A DNA stretch of 64,000 bases from NCBI GenBank assembly GCA_963746855.1, contig CAVVDC010000012.1, positions 100,230 to 164,229 on the forward strand. The letters run 5' to 3'. The DNA is from an uncultured Chloroflexia bacterium. Its GTDB lineage: Bacteria > Chloroflexota > Limnocylindria > Limnocylindrales > CSP1-4. Positions 41,522 to 51,515 of this stretch are shown in pieces. Positions within the stretch are counted from its first letter, which is position 1. Every line of letters starts with the position of its first letter. A model generated the notes under the pieces. That model was not told where the DNA came from. It worked only from the letters and a program-made list of their open reading frames with translations, and did no database searches. The position numbers and the translations under genes are program-made.

Positions 41522-41731
41522 CTAGTGGTGGTCGTCGTCGGTCGGGTTCCGGACGACGACCTGCTCGTCGCAGGTCGAGCAGACGTACAGCTGCCCGCCG
41601 GCCCAGGACCGCTCCGGGTCATGCTCGACCGAGTCGTGGTGCTGCGGCCGGGGCTGGAGCGCGCTCCAGCTCCCGTCGGAGTGGCGATGCTCGAGACGCA
41701 TCAACGCCTCAGTGAAGCGCGCCTGGTCCAT
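41522..41731 (-). CDS. small His/Asp-rich protein with a CxxC motif
   Basis: 69 aa: MDQARFTEALMRLEHRHSDGSW...HHDSVEHDPERSW...YVCSTCDEQVVVRNPTDDDHH. GAGGAGG lies 6 nt upstream of the ATG. It is 35 nt downstream of the MarR gene. Confidence 0.5.
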   Translation of the reverse strand: MDQARFTEALMRLEHRHSDGSWSALQPRPQHHDSVEHDPERSWAGGQLYVCSTCDEQVVVRNPTDDDHH

Positions 41732-41766
41732 GTCGTCCTCCTCGTCGCTCCGGTCGGCGCCGGCAG

Positions 41767-42363
41767 CTAGTCGCGTGGGGTCCGGATCAACCGGCCGCGC
41801 CGGTTGATGGCGTGGGTCGCGAGGGCCGCCACGCCCATGGCGACGATGGCCCGCTCGGCGGTCGGCAGGGGCCGGACCGCCGAGAGGAACTGGTCGGCCC
41901 GCGAGCGATCGACGACCCGCAGCACGGCGTGACCGCGCTGGGTCAGGCGAAGGGTTCGTTGCCGCCGGTCCTCGGGCTCCTGGTGGCGCTCGACGAGGCG
42001 ACGCCGGACGAGTCCGTCGATAAGCCGGCTGGTGGCCGACGGCGATCGGCCGATCTCCTCGGCCAGCTCGCCCACCGTCATCGTGCTCCCATCGGCCAGC
42101 ACGTACAACGCCGCCAGCTGCGTGAACCCGAGGCGGAGCTCGCCCAGCTGGCTGGCGAACCCGATGACGAGCTCGCGCCAGAGGGCCCGGCCCATGGCCA
42201 CGCGTTCGCTGATCTGGCGGACATTCGGCAGGCGGTTGCCGGCGGCCAGCACCGGGGCCGAGAGATCCGCCTCGAACTGGCGGGCCACGGCCTGCCGGGG
42301 GACGACGCGCCGTCGGATCGGAGTGGGTTGTTCGGACACGTCGAGAGCGTATGCCGACCGCAA
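41767..42363 (-). CDS. MarR family transcriptional regulator
   Basis: Winged-helix core LAALYVLADGSTMTVGELAEEIGRSPSATSRLIDGLVRRRLVERHQEPEDRRQRTLRLTQRG. The start is uncertain (TTG 42363, GTG 42339 or an internal ATG). Confidence 0.8.
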   Translation of the reverse strand: MRSAYALDVSEQPTPIRRRVVPRQAVARQFEADLSAPVLAAGNRLPNVRQISERVAMGRALWRELVIGFASQLGELRLGFTQLAALYVLADGSTMTVGELAEEIGRSPSATSRLIDGLVRRRLVERHQEPEDRRQRTLRLTQRGHAVLRVVDRSRADQFLSAVRPLPTAERAIVAMGVAALATHAINRRGRLIRTPRD

Positions 42364-42421
42364 GTTCCGTGCAACCGTGCACGCGAATCGTGCCTGAAGC
42401 GAAGGTTGCGGGCTACCCTCA

Positions 42422-43396
42422 GTGGTGATGACGTCATTCGCCTACGTGTTCCCCGGCCAGGGCTCGCAGTCGGTCGGGATGGGTCGCGAGCTGGCCGAGC
42501 GGTCGCCTGGCGCCCGAGCGACCTTCGAAGCGGCCGATGCCGCCCTGGGCGAGTCGCTCAGCACGCTCACCTGGGACGGCCCGGTGGAACGGCTCGACCT
42601 GACCGAGAACGCCCAGCCGGCGATCCTCGCGACGTCGATCGCGATCCTCAGCGCGATGCGCGAGCGATGGGCGGCGGCCGGCGTCCCGGAGCCCCGACCC
42701 GCCTTCGCGGCCGGGCACTCGATGGGCCAGTACTCGGCCCTCGTGGCGGCCGGCTGCGTCTCGCTCGCCGACGGGATCCGACTCGTGCGCGAACGCGGTC
42801 GCCTGATGCAGGCGTCCGGTGGCGGCCAGGACGGCGCGATGGCCGCGCTCATCGGGCTCGACGACGCCCGGATCCCGGAGCTGGTCGCGGGCGCCTCGGC
42901 ACATGGCATCTTCGTGGTCGCGAACCGGAACGCCCCGGGCCAGGTCGTCGTGTCGGGCGTGCGACCGGCGGTGGAAGCGGGTGCGGAACTGGCGCGTGCC
43001 CTCGGGGCGAAGCGGGCCATCGTCCTGCCCGTGTCGGTGGCCGCGCACTCGCCGCTGATGGCCGAGGCCGCCGAGGGGATGCGCGCGGCCCTGGCCGATG
43101 TCCCGTTCGAGGACCCCGAGACGCCGCTCCTGGCCAACGCGGACGCGCGCGTCATCACGACGGCGGGTGGCGCCCGTGCCGAGCTCGTCGAGCACCTGAC
43201 GGCCGGCGTCGACTGGGTCGGGGCGGTCGGGCGGATGTCCGAGGCCGGGGTCACCACCTTCGTCGAGATCGGCCCGGGCAAGGTCCTGACCGGCCTCATC
43301 AAGCGCATCGCCCCCGACGCCGAGCTCATCGCGGCCGACGATCCCGCGTCGGCCGAACGCCTCGTCGACCTGGCCGCCTCGGCCACCCCGGTCTGA
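42422..43396 (+). CDS. fabD: malonyl-CoA:ACP transacylase
   Basis: FAYVFPGQGSQSVGMG, AGHSMGQYSALVAAG, NAPGQVVVSG, VSVAAHSPLM. Confidence 0.9.
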   Translation: MVMTSFAYVFPGQGSQSVGMGRELAERSPGARATFEAADAALGESLSTLTWDGPVERLDLTENAQPAILATSIAILSAMRERWAAAGVPEPRPAFAAGHSMGQYSALVAAGCVSLADGIRLVRERGRLMQASGGGQDGAMAALIGLDDARIPELVAGASAHGIFVVANRNAPGQVVVSGVRPAVEAGAELARALGAKRAIVLPVSVAAHSPLMAEAAEGMRAALADVPFEDPETPLLANADARVITTAGGARAELVEHLTAGVDWVGAVGRMSEAGVTTFVEIGPGKVLTGLIKRIAPDAELIAADDPASAERLVDLAASATPV

Positions 43397-43418
43397 ATCC
43401 GAGCATCAGAAGGAGTAC

Positions 43419-44699
43419 TTGATCTTGCGCAAGCCCGACTACCAACGGCGCGTCGTCGTGACCGGTCTCGGCGTCGTCAGCTCGGTCGGCAACGACGTCC
43501 AGACGGCATGGGCCAACCTCGTCGAAGGCCGGTCCGGCCTGGGCCCCATCACCCGGTTCGACCCGAGCGCCTATGAAGCCAAGCTCGCGGGGGAGGTCCA
43601 CGACTTCACGCCCTCGGACTGGATGGACGCCAAGGCGGCCCGTCGCAGTGAGTCGAGCATGCACTTCGGGGTCGCGGCCGCGAAGCAGGCGCTCGCCGAT
43701 TCGGGCTTCGAGCTGACCGATGAGAACCGCACCGAGGTCGGGGTCGTCTTCGGCTCCGGCGCGGGCGGCCAGTCGATGATGATCGACAACTACACGGCAC
43801 TCCACGAACGCGGCAATCGGACGGTCGCCCCGACGTTCATCGCGAACGCGCTCGTGGACAGCTGCTCGGGGATGATCGCCATCGAGACGGGTGCGATCGG
43901 CCACAACATCTGCATGGTGTCGGCCTGCGCGACCGGCACGCACAACGTCGGCGAGGGGGCCGAGGCCATCCGGCGCGGCGACTGCATCGCCGTCATCTCC
44001 GGTTCGACCGAGGCGCCACTGCTCGAGGTCGGCCACGCCGGCTTCTCGAACATGCGCGGGATGGGCATGCCCCGACCTGGCGAGGCGCCCCAGACCGTCT
44101 CGCGGCCGTTCGACCTGACCCGGGACGGCTTCGTCCTCGGCGAGGGATCGGCTTCGCTGTTCCTCGAGGACCTCGAGCTCGCCAAGGCGCGCGGCGCGCG
44201 GATCTATGCCGAGGTCGTCGGCTACGGGTCGGCGGCCGACGGCTGGGACATGATCCAGCCGATCGAGGAGGGGATCGGCTCGGCTCGGGCCATGCGGATG
44301 GCCCTCGAGCGACGCGGCGTCCCCGCCGACGAGGTCGACCTCATCAACCCGCACGGGACCTCCACGCCGCTCGGCGACAAGCGCGAGGCCGAGGCGATCT
44401 GGACGGTGTTCGGCGCGCGATCGGCGGCCTCCGCTCGCTCGCTCGCCATCAGCGCCACCAAGTCGATGACCGGGCACATGATGGGCGCGGCCGGCGCCTT
44501 CGAGGCGTTCGCGACCGTCAAGTCCGTCGCCGAGCAGTGCGCGCCGGCCACGATCAACTATCGCGACTTCGACCCCGACTGCGACCTCTGGGTGGTGAGC
44601 GAGACGCAGTCGCTGCCGATCCGCTACGCCCTTTCGAACAACATCGGGCTAGGCGGGCACAACGGCGCCATCATCTTCGGAAGGTACGACGGAGATTGA
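43419..44699 (+). CDS. fabF: beta-ketoacyl-ACP synthase II (KasA/FabF-like), copy 1
   Basis: RVVVTGLGVVSSVGN, MVSACATGTH (active-site Cys), NPHGTSTPLGD, SATKSMTGHMMGAAG, SNNIGLGGHN. Confidence 0.9.
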   Translation: MILRKPDYQRRVVVTGLGVVSSVGNDVQTAWANLVEGRSGLGPITRFDPSAYEAKLAGEVHDFTPSDWMDAKAARRSESSMHFGVAAAKQALADSGFELTDENRTEVGVVFGSGAGGQSMMIDNYTALHERGNRTVAPTFIANALVDSCSGMIAIETGAIGHNICMVSACATGTHNVGEGAEAIRRGDCIAVISGSTEAPLLEVGHAGFSNMRGMGMPRPGEAPQTVSRPFDLTRDGFVLGEGSASLFLEDLELAKARGARIYAEVVGYGSAADGWDMIQPIEEGIGSARAMRMALERRGVPADEVDLINPHGTSTPLGDKREAEAIWTVFGARSAASARSLAISATKSMTGHMMGAAGAFEAFATVKSVAEQCAPATINYRDFDPDCDLWVVSETQSLPIRYALSNNIGLGGHNGAIIFGRYDGD

Positions 44700-44779
44700 C
44701 GTCGTGGCTGGGACGTCCCAGCGCGGTCGCGACGTCGGTTCCTCCCTACAATCGGCAGACCCCGACCTGAGGAACCCAC

Positions 44780-46048
44780 GTGCCTGAACGAGACCCCGCG
44801 CGGCGTGCGGTGATCACCGGCCTCGGCGCCATCATGCCGATCGGCAACGACTTCCCCACGTACTGGTCCAACCTGGTCGCCGGGGTGACCGGGACCCGAC
44901 TCATCCAGAGCTTCGATGCATCGGCATTCGAGGTCCGGATCGCTGCGGAAGTCCTCGGCTTCGATCCGGCGACGGTCATGGATCCCAAGATGGCCCGCCG
45001 CATGAGTCGCTTCATCCACCTCGCCCTCGCGGCCGGCAAGGAGGCCGTGCGCGACTCCGGGATCGACTTCGCGGCGATGTCGGAAGAGCGGCGCGATCGG
45101 GTCGGGGTGGTCGTCAACACGGGCGGCGGCGGGATCGAATCCATCATCGACGGGACCCACGTCCACGACACGAAGGGCCCGCGCTTCGTGAGCGCTTTCG
45201 CCGTGCCGGCCCTGTCGGGGTCGATGGGCGCGTGCATGCTCTCGATGGAGTACGGCCTCACCGGCCCGGTCATCACCCAGGTCGCCGCGTGCGCCACGTC
45301 GGTGATCGCCTTCCACGATGCGCTCCGGCTGATCCGGAGCGGCGAATGCGACGTCGTCCTCGCCGGTGGCTCGGAGGCGCCGATCGTCCCGATGGGCGTG
45401 GCGGCACTCGCGAACATGACCGCGCTCTCCAAGCGCAACGACTCGCCGGAGACCGCATCGCGGCCGTTCGACCTGACGCGCGATGGGTTCGTGCTCGGCG
45501 AAGGCGCCGGCGTGGTCGTGGTGGAGTCCCTCGCACATGCCCTGGAGCGCGGCGCGACGCCGGTGGCCGAGATCATCGGTGGGGCCTTGACCGCCGACGC
45601 GTTCCACATCAGCGCCCCGGAACCCACCGGCCGAGGCCAGGCCCGGGCCATGACCCAGGCGCTCCGCCACGCCGAGGTCGCGCCCGACGAGATCGACTAC
45701 ATCGTGGCCCACGGCACGTCGACGTCGCTCAACGACGTGACCGAGACGCGCGCCATCAAGACGGCCTACGGCGCCCACGCCTACAAGGTCGCGGTCTCCT
45801 CGCCCAAGTCGATGATCGGGCACCTCGTCGGGGCGGCCGGCATCGCGAGCGTGCTCGCGGCCGTCGGCGCCATCCGCGACCAGGTCATCCCACCGACCGC
45901 CAACCTCCACACGCCCGACCCGGATTGCGACCTCGACTACGTCCCGCTCACGGCGCGGAAGGCAAAGGTCGATACGGTCGCGGTCGATGGCTTCGGGTTC
46001 GGTGGCCAGAACGCGGTGGCGATCTTCCGGCGGGTCACCGACGCCTGA
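44780..46048 (+). CDS. beta-ketoacyl-ACP synthase II (KasB/FabF-like), copy 2
   Basis: RAVITGLGAIMPIGN, QVAACATSV, VAHGTSTSLND, SSPKSMIGHLVGAAG, DGFGFGGQN. GTG start at 44780. Confidence 0.9.
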   Translation: MPERDPARRAVITGLGAIMPIGNDFPTYWSNLVAGVTGTRLIQSFDASAFEVRIAAEVLGFDPATVMDPKMARRMSRFIHLALAAGKEAVRDSGIDFAAMSEERRDRVGVVVNTGGGGIESIIDGTHVHDTKGPRFVSAFAVPALSGSMGACMLSMEYGLTGPVITQVAACATSVIAFHDALRLIRSGECDVVLAGGSEAPIVPMGVAALANMTALSKRNDSPETASRPFDLTRDGFVLGEGAGVVVVESLAHALERGATPVAEIIGGALTADAFHISAPEPTGRGQARAMTQALRHAEVAPDEIDYIVAHGTSTSLNDVTETRAIKTAYGAHAYKVAVSSPKSMIGHLVGAAGIASVLAAVGAIRDQVIPPTANLHTPDPDCDLDYVPLTARKAKVDTVAVDGFGFGGQNAVAIFRRVTDA

Positions 46049-46060
46049 CGGCCGGTGGCC

Positions 46061-46528
46061 TCAGGCCCGGAGCGGGCGGCCCTCGTAGGCCTCGATGGCG
46101 GCCACTTGCTCATCCGACAGCGGGATCGAGGCCCCCGCGACGTAGTCATAGCGGACCAGGATCGAATCCGAGACTGCCACGAGCCGGGGCTCGCCGCCGT
46201 CGGGCGTCGCCAGCACCCGGTGCTCGAGCGTGAACGACGATCGGCCGATGTGCGACGCGCGGGTCTGGACCGTCACCAGTTCGCCATAGAACGTCTGGGC
46301 CCGGTACGTGATCCGCGCCTCGGCGAGGATCAGGCTCTCCGCGCCCGCGGCGACGGACGTGAACGCCTCGCCGGTGACGTCGGACCAATAGCGGATCCGG
46401 CCGATCTCGCAATAGGTCAGGTAGACGGCGTTGTTGACATGGCCGCGTGCGTCGGTATCCGAGAAGCGGACATGGATCTCGACATGGTGGCGGAAGGGGC
46501 CGGCCAGGTCCCGTGGATCGTGTGGCAC
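46061..46528 (-). CDS. acyl-CoA thioesterase (4HBT/YbgC-like hotdog fold)
   Basis: HVEIHVRFSDTDARGHVNNAVYLTYCEIGRIRYW is the characteristic 4HBT N-terminal motif. 155 aa. Confidence 0.85.
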   Translation of the reverse strand: MPHDPRDLAGPFRHHVEIHVRFSDTDARGHVNNAVYLTYCEIGRIRYWSDVTGEAFTSVAAGAESLILAEARITYRAQTFYGELVTVQTRASHIGRSSFTLEHRVLATPDGGEPRLVAVSDSILVRYDYVAGASIPLSDEQVAAIEAYEGRPLRA

Positions 46529-46538
46529 GCCCCGGAGT

Positions 46539-48839
46539 CTACGCGGCGTGGCGGTGTCCGCGGAGGCGAAGCGAGTTGAGGACCACCGCCACCGACGAGA
46601 ACGCCATCGCCCCGGCGGCGAGGGCCGGGTTGAGCGTGATCCCGAACGCCGGGTAGAGCACGCCCGCCGCGACCGGGATCAGCAGGACGTTGTAGGCGAA
46701 GGCCCAGAACAGGTTCTGGCGGATCACCGTCATCGTCGCGCGCGACAGCTCGATGGCCCGCGCGATGGCCCGCGTGTCGCCGCCCACGAGCGTCACGTCG
46801 GACGCCTCGATGGCGACGTCGGCGCCGGTCCCGATCGCGACCCCGAGATCGGCGGCGGCCAGCGCCGGGGCGTCGTTGAGGCCGTCGCCGACCATCGCGA
46901 CCGTCCGGCCCTCGGCCCGCAGGCGTTCGATGAGGTCCGTCTTGTCGGCCGGCCGGGCGTCGGCCAGGATCCGCTCCGGCGGGATGCCGACGGCCCGCCC
47001 GACCGCCTCCGCCGTCGCGCGCCCGTCGCCGGTCGCGAGCCACGTCTCAACCCGCTCCCCCTCGAGGGCGGCCACCCCGGCCGGGGCGTCGTCGCGAACC
47101 GGGTCCGTGATGGAGATGACCCCCGCGGCCCGTCCGTCGATGACGACGAAGGCCATCGTCCGGCCGTCCTCGGCGCCTCGGGCCGCCGCGTCCCGGAATA
47201 CGTCGAGGTCGACGCCGCGCTCCCGCAGCCACCGCGCGCTCCCGACCAGGATGTCGCGCGGCCCGTCATCGCTGACGACCGTGGCCCCGACGCCGCCGCC
47301 CACGGCGGTGGCGAACCCGTCGATGGGTCGGAACCCGAGCTCGTCACGTCGGGCTCGGGCGACGATCGCGGCTGCCAGCGGGTGCTCGCTGCCCTTCTCG
47401 GCGGACGCGGCCAGGTCGATGACCTCGCGAACCTCGAATCCGTCGGCGGCAACGACCTCGTCCACGACTGGCCGGCCCAGGGTCAGGGTGCCCGTCTTGT
47501 CGAGCACGACGGCATCGACCTTGTGCGCGGTCTCGAGGGCCTCGCCGCCGCGGATGAGGATGCCGGCTTCCGCGCCGCGTCCCGTCCCGACCATGATCGC
47601 CGTCGGTGTCGCGAGGCCCATCGCGCACGGACAGGCGATGACGAGGACCGCGATGGCCGCGACGAGGGCGTGTGTCAGCCGAGGTTCGGGTCCCAGCGCC
47701 ATCCAGCCGAGGAACGTCGCGGCCGCGATGACGAGCACGAGCGGGACGAAGACCTCCGCGATCCGGTCCGCCAGGCGCGCGATGGGCGCCTTCGAGCCCT
47801 GGGCACGCTCGACCAGCTCGACGATGCGGGCGAGCGCGGTGTCGCGCCCGACCCGGGTGGCACGCATGACGAAGGTGCCCGTCGTGTTGAGCGTCGCCCC
47901 GATGACCTCGTCGCCGGGACCCTTGGCCGTCGGGATCGGCTCGCCGGTCAGCAGGCTCTCATCGATCGCCGAGGTCCCCTCGAGCACGACCCCGTCGACC
48001 GGCACCTTGTCGCCGGGCCGGACGCGCAGGAGGTCGCCGACGACGACCGATTCGAGCGTGACGTCCGCCTCGTCGTCGCCGCGCACCAGCCGCGCGGACG
48101 CGGGACGCAGCGCCGCGAGTCGACGGATGGCACCGGTCGTCTGGCCCTTGGCGCGCGACTCGAGCCAGCGCCCGAGCAGGACCAGCCCGATGATGATCGC
48201 CGCGCTGTCGAAGTAGGTGGCGGGCTCGAGGCCGGCGTCGATGACGACCGCGGGGACCAGGGTCAGCACGACGCTGTACGCCCAGGCGGCGCTCGTGCCG
48301 ATCGCGACGAGCGTGTCCATATTGCTCGTGCCGTGGCGGGCGGCCCGCCAGGCCGAGCGATAGAACCGACGACCGGCCCAGACCTGCACGAACGTCGCGG
48401 GGATGAGCGCGAGCAGGTTGCGCTGCTCCATCGTGGCGAGCTCGGCCGGGGCGGCCATCAGGGCCATGATCGAGAGGGCCACGCCGATCGAGACGACCGC
48501 CTGGACGAGCAGGACGCGCGCCTCGCGGGCGCGAGCGACGTCGTCGGCCGTTCGCTCCTCGGCCAGAGAGGCCGGTGCCTCGTGATCGGCGACGGTCGGG
48601 CGCTCGCGGATCGCATAGCCGGCCGCCTCGACCGCCCCGACGAGGTCCGCACGCCCGGCGACGTCGGGCAGGTACACGATGGTCGCGAGCTCGGTCGCGA
48701 GGTTGACGCTGGCGTCCTGGACGCCCGGCGTCTTGCGCAGGAAACGCTCGATCCGGTTGACGCACGAGGCGCAGGTCATGCCCTCGATGGGCAGGGCGAC
48801 CTCGGCCGTCAGATGGCTGGTGGTGGCTGGGTTCGGCAT
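46539..48839 (-). CDS. copA: copper-translocating P1B-type ATPase
   Basis: [12 protein letters not shown] metal-binding domain, CPC in the TM helix, [21 protein letters not shown] 48839 ([10 protein letters not shown]...). The track's 1078-aa ORF was trimmed. Confidence 0.9.
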   Translation of the reverse strand: MPNPATTSHLTAEVALPIEGMTCASCVNRIERFLRKTPGVQDASVNLATELATIVYLPDVAGRADLVGAVEAAGYAIRERPTVADHEAPASLAEERTADDVARAREARVLLVQAVVSIGVALSIMALMAAPAELATMEQRNLLALIPATFVQVWAGRRFYRSAWRAARHGTSNMDTLVAIGTSAAWAYSVVLTLVPAVVIDAGLEPATYFDSAAIIIGLVLLGRWLESRAKGQTTGAIRRLAALRPASARLVRGDDEADVTLESVVVGDLLRVRPGDKVPVDGVVLEGTSAIDESLLTGEPIPTAKGPGDEVIGATLNTTGTFVMRATRVGRDTALARIVELVERAQGSKAPIARLADRIAEVFVPLVLVIAAATFLGWMALGPEPRLTHALVAAIAVLVIACPCAMGLATPTAIMVGTGRGAEAGILIRGGEALETAHKVDAVVLDKTGTLTLGRPVVDEVVAADGFEVREVIDLAASAEKGSEHPLAAAIVARARRDELGFRPIDGFATAVGGGVGATVVSDDGPRDILVGSARWLRERGVDLDVFRDAAARGAEDGRTMAFVVIDGRAAGVISITDPVRDDAPAGVAALEGERVETWLATGDGRATAEAVGRAVGIPPERILADARPADKTDLIERLRAEGRTVAMVGDGLNDAPALAAADLGVAIGTGADVAIEASDVTLVGGDTRAIARAIELSRATMTVIRQNLFWAFAYNVLLIPVAAGVLYPAFGITLNPALAAGAMAFSSVAVVLNSLRLRGHRHAA

Positions 48840-48854
48840 ACTCCCTAGGAGTAT
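48838..48854. promoter_or_regulatory. perfect 7-3-7 palindrome overlapping the copA start (candidate copper-repressor operator)
   Basis: ATACTCC-CTA-GGAGTAT sits in the 39-bp gap between divergent copA and ogt, an unusually AT-rich patch. It resembles the ATACCCC..GGGGTAT-type CsoR operators as I recall them. Confidence 0.35.
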
Positions 48855-48878
48855 ATCAGGCCGACGAACCCCGGAACC

Positions 48879-49505
48879 GTGGATCGGCCGTCCGGCACAC
48901 TGGTGCGCGTGCATCCACCCGAGGACATCCGCGCCATCGTCCGAACCGTCGCCGGGCCGTGGGGCCCGCTCCATATCGCCGCGACGACGCGGGGCATCGT
49001 GGCCGTGGAGTCCGCTTCGACCGACGACGCTTTCGCCGACACGGTCGCCCGCCGCGTGCACGGATCGGTGGCGCCGGAGCGTGCCGTTCCGCCCGACGAC
49101 CCGCGACGCGCCCACCTGGATCGGGCCGAGGCGGTCATCTCGGAACTCGTCGCCGGCCGCGCGCCTCGCACCGACGCGCCACCGATCGACCTCGAGGACC
49201 GGCCGGACTGGGATCGCCGCGTGCTCGGCGAGGTCCGGGCGATCGCCTGGGGCGAGACGGCGAGCTACGGTGAGATCGCCCGCCGGATCGGCGCCCCGGG
49301 GGCCGCTCGGGCCGTCGGCGGGGCGCTCGGGCGCAACCCGATCAGCCTGATCGTGCCATGCCATCGCGTGATCGCGACCGACGGGACCATCGGCGGGTAC
49401 GGCGGCGACGCCTGGGGCTCGCGTGAGGCCGCGCTGGATCGCAAGCGAGCGCTGCTGCGGCGTGAGGGCGTGACCGTCCGGGTCGGTGAGCGCGAGCGCG
49501 ACTAG
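48879..49505 (+). CDS. ogt: methylated-DNA--protein-cysteine methyltransferase
   Basis: [38 protein letters not shown] (PCHR active site). Confidence 0.85.
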   Translation: MDRPSGTLVRVHPPEDIRAIVRTVAGPWGPLHIAATTRGIVAVESASTDDAFADTVARRVHGSVAPERAVPPDDPRRAHLDRAEAVISELVAGRAPRTDAPPIDLEDRPDWDRRVLGEVRAIAWGETASYGEIARRIGAPGAARAVGGALGRNPISLIVPCHRVIATDGTIGGYGGDAWGSREAALDRKRALLRREGVTVRVGERERD

Positions 49506-50197
49506 GGCCGGGGCACCGGGCGCATCGGGTAGACGCCGACGACGATCGGCGTCCGCGGGTCGAGCGAGAGCTCGTAGCCGATCTCGCCGGCCCGCAGCAG
49601 CTCGCCCAGGAGCTGCCCCTCGCGGGCGGGCAGGCCCACGAAGATGTAACCAGGATCGATCTGGATCCTGCTGACGTCGTCGTCCCCGCCGTCGATGGCG
49701 AAGCGGCGGCGGAGCTCGTGCATCGGCACGTAGGGCCGGCTCTTGATGAAGCGCCGGAGCTGGGGAGCCGTGCACGGCGAAGCCTGCCCGACACCGTTCT
49801 GGCCGTTCTGGGCGCCGACGCCGTTCTGGGCGCCATGACCGTTCTGACCCACCGGTCGGCCGGGCGGAACGTCGGTCGGATGGGGACCGCTCGGAACGGG
49901 ATGCGCCTCGGTCATCGACGCCCCGTTGATCGGCGCGGGGGTTGATGCCGCGACGGCCGGCGTCTCGACCGGCTCGACCGGAGCGACCGGCTCGACCGGA
50001 ACGGCGGGCTCGACCGGAACCGCGGCGGACGTCGGTGGGGTGGGCACGATCGGTTCCGCGGCGACCGGCGGCGGGGCGACGTGGCCCTGGGCAGAATCGG
50101 TCGGCCGCGCCGGGCGCGGGCCCGCCGGTGTCCCCGGACGCGGGGCGCCATGGTGCCCACGTTCGTGATGATGCGTTCGGCCGTGGCGCCGGCTCAT
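49502..50197 (-). CDS. Pro-rich protein with a conserved-looking C-terminal domain, unknown function
   Basis: ATG 50197 ([16 protein letters not shown]...), PVEP and QNG repeats, and the C-domain [44 protein letters not shown]. The upstream part of the track ORF overlaps the M24 peptidase gene. Confidence 0.55.
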   Translation of the reverse strand: MSRRHGRTHHHERGHHGAPRPGTPAGPRPARPTDSAQGHVAPPPVAAEPIVPTPPTSAAVPVEPAVPVEPVAPVEPVETPAVAASTPAPINGASMTEAHPVPSGPHPTDVPPGRPVGQNGHGAQNGVGAQNGQNGVGQASPCTAPQLRRFIKSRPYVPMHELRRRFAIDGGDDDVSRIQIDPGYIFVGLPAREGQLLGELLRAGEIGYELSLDPRTPIVVGVYPMRPVPRP

Positions 50198-50354
50198 CGA
50201 GCGATCCGACCGGTCGTTGCGTCCCGGTCTGAGAAAGCGCCGCCGAAGCGGCGCGACAGGTGGCTGGTCATCGGACACTCGGACTGCTGGCGGATCGATC
50301 GGGCCGATCCGTCGCCCGATGATACCGCAGGCGCGGGCGAGACCCCGACGCGGG

Positions 50355-51515
50355 TCAGCCGTCGACGACGTACAGCTCGCGACTCGCCTCGTTGAGCACG
50401 ATCGGCCCGTCCGCGCCGCAGACGACGATGTCCTCGATCCGGGCGCCGTACTCGCCGACGAGGTAGATGCCGGGCTCGACCGAGAACGCCATCCCCTCGC
50501 GCAGCGGCAGGTCGTTGCCCGCGACGAGGTACGGGTCCTCGTGGGCCTCCAGGCCGATGCCGTGCCCGGTGCGGTGGAAGAACGCCTCGCCGTAGCCCTC
50601 GGCGTCGATCGGGCCGCGCGCCGCCGCGTCGATCGCCGCGCACGCGACACCCGGGCGAACGGCACGCAGCGCGGCGGCCTGCGCGCCATGAAGCACGCCG
50701 AACAGGTGTCGGTACCGCTCGTCGGGTCCGTTGGCTTCGTCGCCGCCGGTCACCCACAGCGTCCGCGTGATGTCCGAGCCGTATCCACCGACCGAGCCGC
50801 CGATGTCGAGGACGATCGGCTCGCCGGCCCGGATCACCCGATCCGATGCTTCGTGATGGGGCGAGGCCGAGTTCGGGCCGGACCCGACGATCGCGAAGGA
50901 CGCCTCGTCGTGGCCTTCCGCGAGCAGTCGGTCCCGGACCTCGCGGGCGACATCGGCCTCCGTCCGGCCGACGAGCGCGCCGGCGGCGATCTGGGCTACC
51001 ACCCGGTCGGCTGCGTGGGCCGCCAGACGAAGCAGTTCGATCTCGGCCAGATCCTTGATCATCCGGAGCTCGCGTAGCACGGTCGAGGCAGGCTCGAAGC
51101 GCGCACCGGGGAGCGCCGCCTGCAGCCGCAGCAGGTGGCTGGCCCACAGCGTGTCGGACACGGCCACCCGCGAGACGGCGCCCGCGGTCGCGCCGGTGAC
51201 GTGTCCCGCGACCAGCTCGTAGGGATCGCGCAGCTCGTCCCAGGTCTCGATCGCGACGTCCGCGCGGAGGCCGATCTCGGCCGCACCGCGCTCCAGGCGC
51301 GGCACCTCGATGACGGGCGGCCGGCCCGGGACGACGACGAGCATCGTCAGCCGCTCGAGCGGCATCGCCTCGTAGCCGGTCAGGTAGCGCAGGTCCGGCC
51401 CGACGGCGACCAGCAGCGCGTCGAATCCGTGCTCGGCCGTCACCGCCACGACCCGCCGTAGGCGCTCGGCGTATCGCTCGGCGGCGATGGCCGGCCGGAC
51501 GGCCTCGGTGGTCAT
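50355..51515 (-). CDS. Xaa-Pro aminopeptidase / M24B family peptidase
   Basis: LDIGGSVGGYGSDITRT, HRTGHGIGLEAHEDPY, FSVEPGIY, GARIEDIVV. ATG 51515 overlaps the upstream stop (ATGA). Confidence 0.85.
   Translation of the reverse strand: MTTEAVRPAIAAERYAERLRRVVAVTAEHGFDALLVAVGPDLRYLTGYEAMPLERLTMLVVVPGRPPVIEVPRLERGAAEIGLRADVAIETWDELRDPYELVAGHVTGATAGAVSRVAVSDTLWASHLLRLQAALPGARFEPASTVLRELRMIKDLAEIELLRLAAHAADRVVAQIAAGALVGRTEADVAREVRDRLLAEGHDEASFAIVGSGPNSASPHHEASDRVIRAGEPIVLDIGGSVGGYGSDITRTLWVTGGDEANGPDERYRHLFGVLHGAQAAALRAVRPGVACAAIDAAARGPIDAEGYGEAFFHRTGHGIGLEAHEDPYLVAGNDLPLREGMAFSVEPGIYLVGEYGARIEDIVVCGADGPIVLNEASRELYVVDG

Noticed and set aside
46431-48848. 805-aa plus-strand ORF opposite copA
   Set aside because: It is a shadow ORF; the minus strand encodes a complete P1B-ATPase with all signature motifs.
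48840-49775. 312-codon N-terminal extension of the copA ORF in the track (1078 aa)
   Set aside because: The extension overlaps ogt on the other strand and is Arg/Pro/Gly-rich. P-type ATPase homology begins at the MxCxxC domain right after ATG 48839. Similar trimming was applied to ORFs 3774..5135, 21773..23863, 49502..50689, 52414..54216, 50355..51758, 8899..10005 and 11706..13646.
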